Assembly: GCA_963699255.1 (NCBI GenBank)
Contig: OY969425.1
Span: 1,410,001-1,442,000 of the forward strand
DNA from: an uncultured bacterium
Lineage (GTDB): Bacteria > Margulisbacteria > WOR-1 > CAVSGV01
Length of the DNA: 32,000 nucleotides
Direction of reading: 5' to 3'
The notes beneath the pieces are model-generated. The model was not told where the DNA came from and did not search any database. It saw only the letters and a list, made by a program, of their open reading frames with translations. Positions 26,965 to 32,000 of the stretch are shown here, one piece after another; the first letter of the stretch is position 1, and every line of letters starts with the position of its first letter. A program made the translations under genes and the position numbers.

Positions 26965-27958
26965 CTATCAGATTCATTATAAGAGAGATCATGGTATTTT
27001 TTTCGCCCGGAGAGCTTGTCGCGACAAGGAGCGCCAGAGCGGTTAAGGCTATATCATTGATTTTTCGTTCGCCGTTCTTTCTAAGCAAAAAATGATTCCT
27101 TTCAAGAAAATACACGAACAGTATGGAGCCGATCCTTTTATTGCCGTCAGTGAAAGGATGATCCTTTATAACAAAATAAAGCAGGTGAGCCGCTTTTTCT
27201 TCGATCGTAGGATACAGCTCGTGTCTGTCAAATGTCTGTTCGATCGAACCTATGATGCCCTTTAGTCTATCGCTGTTTTCATTCCCGAACAGCGGGCTTG
27301 CTTCTTTCTTCGCTATTAACCGGCTGCGCAGTTCCAGTATTATCGACACGCATTCTTCATGTTTAAGGGAGTGTCTGGTTTTACTTTTTCCTTTTATGGA
27401 TAGCTTGCCTTCATCATATTTGTATAATAGCGATAAGGAATTGGCATATTCTTTTATGATCGAAACAAGCTCTTTCTCATGCCCCTCAAGAGATGGAACA
27501 TATAGTTTCTCGCTTATAAGAGCTATGGTGTTTTGAAGTTTATTAAACTTTTCTTTGCTCTGTTCTAGAAGGCGTTTTTCGTTGAGCGCGTATCCTTGAA
27601 GAAGATACTTTTTAAGCACATTTGTCGCCCATATCCTGAATTCTGTCGCGCGCTTTGAATTAACCCTGTAACCGACCGAAATAACGGCATCCAGGCTGTA
27701 TAGCTTGGTAGGTTTATCGGAAAAAGGAATGTGCATTTTTTGCACATTGCTTTTCTCTGCCAGCTCATCGGACATGAAGATATTATTCAAATGCTTTGTT
27801 ATGACACTTCTTTCAATCGAGAAAAGTTGAGCCATCTGAGCCTGGCTTAGCCAGACAGTTTCCTCTTTAAGACGAACTTCCAGCCTGGCGGTCCCGCTTT
27901 TGTCCTTAAATAAAACCATTTCGCCTTTTGAAGGCATTTGTTTATTTGCTTTTTTCAC
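26957..27958 (-). CDS. RhuM-family N-terminal domain fused to a Fic/Doc domain (Doc-type motif)
   Basis: The N-terminal half TVWLSQAQMAQLF..VITKHLNNIF..VISVGYRVNSKRATEFRIWATNVLK matches RhuM. The C-terminal half carries HPFTDGNKRIGS, which is HxFxDGNKR, the Lys-containing Doc variant of the Fic core motif. Confidence 0.88.
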   Translation of the reverse strand: MKKANKQMPSKGEMVLFKDKSGTARLEVRLKEETVWLSQAQMAQLFSIERSVITKHLNNIFMSDELAEKSNVQKMHIPFSDKPTKLYSLDAVISVGYRVNSKRATEFRIWATNVLKKYLLQGYALNEKRLLEQSKEKFNKLQNTIALISEKLYVPSLEGHEKELVSIIKEYANSLSLLYKYDEGKLSIKGKSKTRHSLKHEECVSIILELRSRLIAKKEASPLFGNENSDRLKGIIGSIEQTFDRHELYPTIEEKAAHLLYFVIKDHPFTDGNKRIGSILFVYFLERNHFLLRKNGERKINDIALTALALLVATSSPGEKNTMISLIMNLIED

Positions 27959-28149
27959 TTCACCACCTCATTTGCCAAATTGACTATCATGAGGATGGAA
28001 GCAGCAATTATGATGCCAATAATTTGTATAAAATTTGAAGCTAATTGTGTGGAATAAACATCAAATCTGTAGCAGATTTAGACACGTGTAGCGCTTTCTG
28101 ACTTCTCGCCTCTGATCTCTATCCCTTCCCCCACGCCCCCGCGAAGACC

Positions 28150-28231
28150 GCACCCCCGGATCAAAAATCCCCCGCTCGTTTCACTCGCACCCCCGGGTCA
28201 AAAATCCCCCGCTCGTTTCACTCGCACCCCC
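28150..28231. repeat. 37-bp tandem repeat, 2.2 copies, embedded in a run of C5 tracts
   Basis: gcacccccgg(a/g)tcaaaaatcccccgctcgtttcactc occurs at 28150-28186 and 28187-28223, with one mismatch. A partial third copy, gcaccccc, follows. Confidence 0.9.
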
Positions 28232-28257
28232 TTTATTAAAGGGGGTAGGGGGGATTT
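28227..28257 (-). terminator. Conserved stop-proximal hairpin motif (copy 2)
   Basis: The minus strand reads aaatcccccctaCCCCCTTTaatAAAGGGGG, beginning 2 nt after the relic-1 stop codon. It is nearly identical to 19541-19570. Confidence 0.45.
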
Positions 28258-28259
28258 AT

Positions 28260-28343
28260 TCAGCCCTCCACCACCTTAATTTCCTCTTTCGTCAGCCCAT
28301 AGAGCATATTAACAAAGATTACTCTTTCGAAGCGCTCACTAGC
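28260..28343 (-). pseudogene. Relic 1: an out-of-frame tail encoding ASERFERVIFVNMLYGLTKEEIKVVEG-stop, a canonical C-terminus of Eco57I/type IIG-like methyltransferases
   Basis: Hand translation of the minus strand in the frame adjacent to the 1061-aa ORF. It overlaps the last 25 nt of that ORF, and its base composition looks host-like, unlike the AT-rich gene body. Confidence 0.5.
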
Positions 28344-31300
28344 TTATAATATTTATTATTTTTACATGCACCCTTGATATTACTTGCTTTACTTAGCCCA
28401 AGACTTTTTATAGGCACATTGAAATAAAGGGCGAACACTAAATCATCAATGTAATCTTTTATTTTTGATTGTTTGCCAAGATCAATTACAGGTAAATCCT
28501 TTAACTCTGACAGCGTAATAGTTTTCTTTTCCATATCGATTAATTGGTCGCAGCCATATTCCTCGCTTATAGCCTTTTTTACCTTTTCGATATTGCTTCT
28601 AATTGTATACTTAGTTTTGCTTTTGTCTTTTTCTAATACGATTTTATTTCCTTCAATTGATACCTTATCAAACCTTTGAACCATTACACTAGAAAAATCG
28701 ATATAATCAGATAGCCTTGATACTTCCAAAGTCAACAACTCCGCAGTTTGCTTGATAATCTCATCTTTTACCTGTTTATTGAAATTGCCAATCTTAGGGA
28801 CTCTTATGTACCCCTTAATCGCTTTTATTGGCAAAAGAAATGCTTGTTCTTGTTCTTGCAATAGATTCTTTTTAAGAATTAACCTGTTGGTGCTACTATT
28901 GAGGAGCGATAACAAATACATGGTTTCATTTTTATTATTTGACGATATTGTGAGCGATTGATTGCTTACAAGGAGAATGTCTTTATCGCAAAATTGAAAC
29001 CTTGGAGCATCTTTTGTCCTCCAAATTATTTTATATTGCTGTTGAAATACATTAATACCCTGACTTCCTTGCGGGAATGTTATTTCGGCATTTTTCGGAT
29101 AAAACTCTTTTCCATTTGTTGTTATTGTATACCTTGAATAGTCATTATTTTTATAATCGAAGATTTCGTAGGCATTGGTTTTATTATTGGTAACATTATT
29201 TAACAAAATATTTCCACCCCCATCAAAATAAAACCTGCTTCCATATTTCTTTTCTGCAGCATAATGCTCGTAATAAGTAGAGCTATCGTCAGTGTTTCTC
29301 TTATATTCTTCATAAAAGCCTAAATATGTTTTATTATGTTTAATAAAGTTCCAATTGGTGACATTTTGAAATAACTTCCCTTGCAGAACCTCTTTTTTAT
29401 CAACGTTTTTACCAGATAATATATTCTGTAAGGTTTCCTCAATGCTATCATCTGGGTTGTTATAATTAATAATTTCAACCTTATGAAGCACCGACGGCGT
29501 CTTTCTGCTTACGACAATTATTAAACTTGAGGTGGTCACTGGTTTATCTTGTTTTAGGCCTCTGCCAATAAACATTTTTCCGCTAAACGTGATTATCTTT
29601 TCAATAGTAGTATATTTTGCCAAATGATAGCGAATTACATCAAGATCGCCGGCAGTTAAAATAGTCTGTGGAATTATATAGCAGAGTTTCCCATTATCTT
29701 TGAGCAATGCAATTCCCAATGAAATAAATAATGTATAAAGGTTTGGCTTTGGCGCATACTTCTTTTGTGCATCGGGGGTACTATGCAGATTAACGCCATA
29801 TACATTATTTAAACTAGCCTTCCCCTGCTTCATTAATTCAAAGAATAATATTTTCTGTTTTGAACATTCATTATAACCAATATAAGGAGGGTTACCGATT
29901 ACATAATCAAACCTTCGCCTAGGGCAGCTTGGTTGATTTTCAAGGCTTTTTTTCATATCTTCTATATCGCTTGGATCTCGGACGAAACTGGGATATTCAA
30001 GATTCAGCTTCGATGAAGAAAAGAGCCTTTGTTGGCCCCCTTCGATGTCAATATCGTTAATTGTATTTCTTATGGCCGTATCAAGAAACTCTGAAATACT
30101 GTCTTTGGTTTTGAATAATTTAATCTTTTTATCAATTGGATTATTATATTTGGCCCCGATTATTATTGGGAGCATCCGCATTAAAATGCTCATTTCAGCA
30201 AGATACAACGGGAACTCTGCTATATCCAAGCCGAATATATTTTCATTTACGATTTTTTCAATTGCTTTCGATGCATCTTCATTCTGCCTGGTAAATGCAT
30301 TAACGATTGAGTCAACAGCGCTATACAAAAACGTTCCGCTACCACATGCCGGATCAATTAAGGATAGGCCTTTTTCTTCAGAAATATTATCTTTCAGACA
30401 GCTCCCATAATATCCGATTTGCTTCAGCATAAATGAAACAATCGCCGGATCTGTATAATATTGCCCCTTATTTTCATCCTCGTATAATTCCTTTAAATAA
30501 TTTTCATATATATACCCAAAAATTTCATAGCGAACATTTGCAAAGTTATATTGACCAATAAAAACAAAGATATCTAGCCACGGCGAAACATCATGAAGTT
30601 CATTTTGGGGTTTCCTAATAAGTTCAAGCAATTTACTTGTTATATAATTTTGCTCTTCGGAAAATGGACGATATATGTTTTTAGAAATCGTTGCAGAGAT
30701 TCCGTCAACGATGCCAAGAATTTTACCGTATTGTTGTGATTTTAAGCATCGATATATTGTTTGGTAACTGTCGGTATATTCTTTTTTAAAGTCATCAAAG
30801 TCATTATCAGCAATTGTTTTATATAATATGAATTGAATGATATATGCATAAGTTATCTCAGTAGCTCTTTTGCTTGCTTCTTTATCTTTGCCAAGATACC
30901 CCTCTAAGTCAATCTTATGTTTAAAACTTCTTATTAGTTGGGTAATATGAGCGAAAAATAACTCCATATTACTCTCCACAGGAAGCTTATCTTCTTTTAT
31001 TAAAGAAAGTTGCCCTTTTGGTTCAAAATATGAGAGGTAATATGTTTCTGGTTTAATGTATTCTTTCCAATACTCAACAAATCTATCAGGATCATTTAAT
31101 ATCTGATCCAAAGTGAAGGAGCGATATATGTTGTTATTGTAAAATCGCCAGGTGTAGCCATCTGTTAATATGCCGTAATGTTTTTCAAAATCTTTTTGAT
31201 AATTAAATAGCTGCTTTACTCCGGCCTCTATATTTCCATAACATTCCGCTTCAACGGGGATAAGGATATCGGGATTAATATATATTACAAAATCCGCCCT

Positions 31301-31504
31301 TCTCTTTTCCTTCGCTTTTTTCTCGTGGATATATTCATTCTTTAGTCTTTCTCTTTTTGTTGATAACGCCCCCTCTTTGAGATGAAATAGCTCTGGTGAT
31401 TCGAGGCAGTCTATTATAAAGCTGTGGACACCTGTTCCGGTTTCTTGGGTTTTATATTGTTGCTTTTCACTTGACCATTTACTTTTTAGTCCCTTAATGT
31501 CCAT
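28319..31504 (-). CDS. Type IIG (MmeI/Eco57I-like) restriction-modification enzyme. One polypeptide carries an N-terminal nuclease-like domain, a gamma-class N6-adenine methyltransferase and a target-recognition region.
   Basis: 1061 aa. Motifs YYTDPAIVSFM (motif X), LIDPACGSGTFL (motif I) and VIGNPPYIG (motif IV). The N-terminus ADFVIY-x8-IPVEAECYG resembles a PD-(D/E)xK core. The gene is strongly AT-rich relative to its neighbours. Confidence 0.9.
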   Translation of the reverse strand: MDIKGLKSKWSSEKQQYKTQETGTGVHSFIIDCLESPELFHLKEGALSTKRERLKNEYIHEKKAKEKRRADFVIYINPDILIPVEAECYGNIEAGVKQLFNYQKDFEKHYGILTDGYTWRFYNNNIYRSFTLDQILNDPDRFVEYWKEYIKPETYYLSYFEPKGQLSLIKEDKLPVESNMELFFAHITQLIRSFKHKIDLEGYLGKDKEASKRATEITYAYIIQFILYKTIADNDFDDFKKEYTDSYQTIYRCLKSQQYGKILGIVDGISATISKNIYRPFSEEQNYITSKLLELIRKPQNELHDVSPWLDIFVFIGQYNFANVRYEIFGYIYENYLKELYEDENKGQYYTDPAIVSFMLKQIGYYGSCLKDNISEEKGLSLIDPACGSGTFLYSAVDSIVNAFTRQNEDASKAIEKIVNENIFGLDIAEFPLYLAEMSILMRMLPIIIGAKYNNPIDKKIKLFKTKDSISEFLDTAIRNTINDIDIEGGQQRLFSSSKLNLEYPSFVRDPSDIEDMKKSLENQPSCPRRRFDYVIGNPPYIGYNECSKQKILFFELMKQGKASLNNVYGVNLHSTPDAQKKYAPKPNLYTLFISLGIALLKDNGKLCYIIPQTILTAGDLDVIRYHLAKYTTIEKIITFSGKMFIGRGLKQDKPVTTSSLIIVVSRKTPSVLHKVEIINYNNPDDSIEETLQNILSGKNVDKKEVLQGKLFQNVTNWNFIKHNKTYLGFYEEYKRNTDDSSTYYEHYAAEKKYGSRFYFDGGGNILLNNVTNNKTNAYEIFDYKNNDYSRYTITTNGKEFYPKNAEITFPQGSQGINVFQQQYKIIWRTKDAPRFQFCDKDILLVSNQSLTISSNNKNETMYLLSLLNSSTNRLILKKNLLQEQEQAFLLPIKAIKGYIRVPKIGNFNKQVKDEIIKQTAELLTLEVSRLSDYIDFSSVMVQRFDKVSIEGNKIVLEKDKSKTKYTIRSNIEKVKKAISEEYGCDQLIDMEKKTITLSELKDLPVIDLGKQSKIKDYIDDLVFALYFNVPIKSLGLSKASNIKGACKNNKYYKLVSASKE

Positions 31505-31552
31505 CTTATTCCTTTATATGAGAATGATATTTGAAATATATCTGTTTTGTGA

Positions 31553-31581
31553 ATTATACGCTTATAGCTTATGTGCGTAAA
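31553..31581 (-). promoter_or_regulatory. Candidate promoter for the R-M gene
   Basis: The minus strand reads TTTACG (31581-31576), a 17-nt spacer, then TATAAT (31558-31553). AAGGA Shine-Dalgarno lies before the ATG at 31504. Confidence 0.5.
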
Positions 31582-31630
31582 GGGTGAGGAAACCACAGCG
31601 TCAGGGCCTCTTTTTGGCCTTTTCTCGCAT

Positions 31631-31700
31631 ATCTATTCTCTAGTCTCTAATCTCCAATCTCTACTTTCCCATCTTCCATCTCCCATTTGCCACTCTTGCC
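31631..31700. repeat. Heptamer-phased pyrimidine-rich array directly upstream of the rpsF promoter
   Basis: tctctag tctctaa tctccaa tctctac tttcccatc ttccatc tcccatt tgccac tcttgcc. The period is about 7 nt, in one orientation only. Confidence 0.5.
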
Positions 31701-31724
31701 AACGATATCGCCATGTGATATACT
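31696..31724 (+). promoter_or_regulatory. Candidate sigma70-type promoter for rpsF
   Basis: TTGCCA (31696-31701), a 17-nt spacer, then TATACT (31719-31724), with TG at the extended -10 position. Confidence 0.65.
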
Positions 31725-31820
31725 TTCCCGTTGTTCTCCCGATTCCTTATATTAAAAAATATAAGTTGTTGAGGGATCCCGATCTCAGGTCGGGATCAAT
31801 AATGTTAAGGAGGATCCATT

Positions 31821-32000
31821 TTGAAACCATATGAAGCGATAGTTATTTTCAATTCCGGCATCACGGAAGACAAGATCGACGCGTCCATAGCAAAATTCGA
31901 GAAAAAAATAAAGGACTCAGGCGGCACAGACGTTGCCACCGCGAAATGGGGAACGAGAAAACTCGCTTCGCCGATGAAAAAAGCCAAGAAAGCTTCGGAA
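31821..32000 (+). CDS. rpsF: 30S ribosomal protein S6, N-terminal 60 codons; continues past the window end
   Basis: TTG start 7 nt after AAGGAGG (31807-31813). The peptide (M)KPYEAIVIFNSGITEDKIDASIAKFEKKIKDSGGTDVATAKWGTRKLASPMKK fits the S6 pattern YE..........E........I...GG......WG.R.LAY.I.K. Confidence 0.9.
   Translation, partial: MKPYEAIVIFNSGITEDKIDASIAKFEKKIKDSGGTDVATAKWGTRKLASPMKKAKKASE

Noticed and set aside
28150-28231. Possible CRISPR array, suggested by 37-bp direct repeats
   Set aside because: The repeats are contiguous with no spacers, there are only about 2.2 copies, and no cas genes are in the window. It is a plain tandem repeat.
31571-31834. 87-aa plus-strand ORF upstream of rpsF
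   Set aside because: It spans the heptamer array, the rpsF promoter and the leader. Its low-complexity translation ends inside the rpsF start region.
31805-31987. 60-aa minus-strand ORF
   Set aside because: It is antisense to the clearly recognisable rpsF coding sequence.
1-32000. tRNA, rRNA, tmRNA, RNase P or SRP RNA genes in the intergenic gaps
   Set aside because: I read each gap longer than 80 nt (6907-7042, 8745-8906, 12048-12157, 14909-15024, 16150-16380, 17725-17820, 19537-19807, 26819-26956, 27959-28318, 31505-31820). I saw no cloverleaf or signature motif. This by-eye check is weak, and tRNAscan-SE or Infernal would be decisive.

Overview
This is a 32-kb chromosomal segment with almost all genes on the minus strand. 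It looks like an uncultivated bacterium that I cannot place by eye. All product calls come from reading motifs by hand; no searches were run.

Left to right:
1. A giant surface or outer-membrane-like protein with a signal peptide (1-4377). A one-base frame break at 1840 splits it, and its downstream part is missing from the ORF track because it runs off the window.
2. A type II fatty-acid synthesis operon read right to left (4352-14908): yceD, rpmF, plsX, fabH, then acyl-CoA dehydrogenase, etfB and a ferredoxin-domain etfA, then fabD, fabG, acpP, fabK, fabF. fabG carries a one-base frame break.
3. A probable lipoprotein, an orphan four-helix-bundle gene (23S-IVS/Avd-like), a XerC/XerD recombinase, an M15-type peptidase and metK.
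4. A bona fide smc with a very short hinge. It is translationally coupled to a secreted protein with 16 repeats and to a phosphodiester-glycosidase-like protein.
5. An accessory or defence islet between smc and rpsF. It holds a RhuM::Doc(Fic) fusion gene and a strongly AT-rich single-polypeptide type IIG restriction-modification gene. It also holds two short out-of-frame relics of an R-M methyltransferase C-terminus (..L(Y/F)G(L/F)TKE..VVEG), a 37-bp tandem repeat and C5/G5 runs.

Several near-consensus sigma70-type promoters (17-nt spacers) and recurring structured intergenic elements are visible. I saw no rRNA, tRNA, CRISPR array, transposase or integrase beyond XerC/D.

Caveat: the two clear frame breaks (1840, 7155) and a possible third near 28325 all sit at short homopolymers. 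Assembly error must be excluded before any of them is read as biology.
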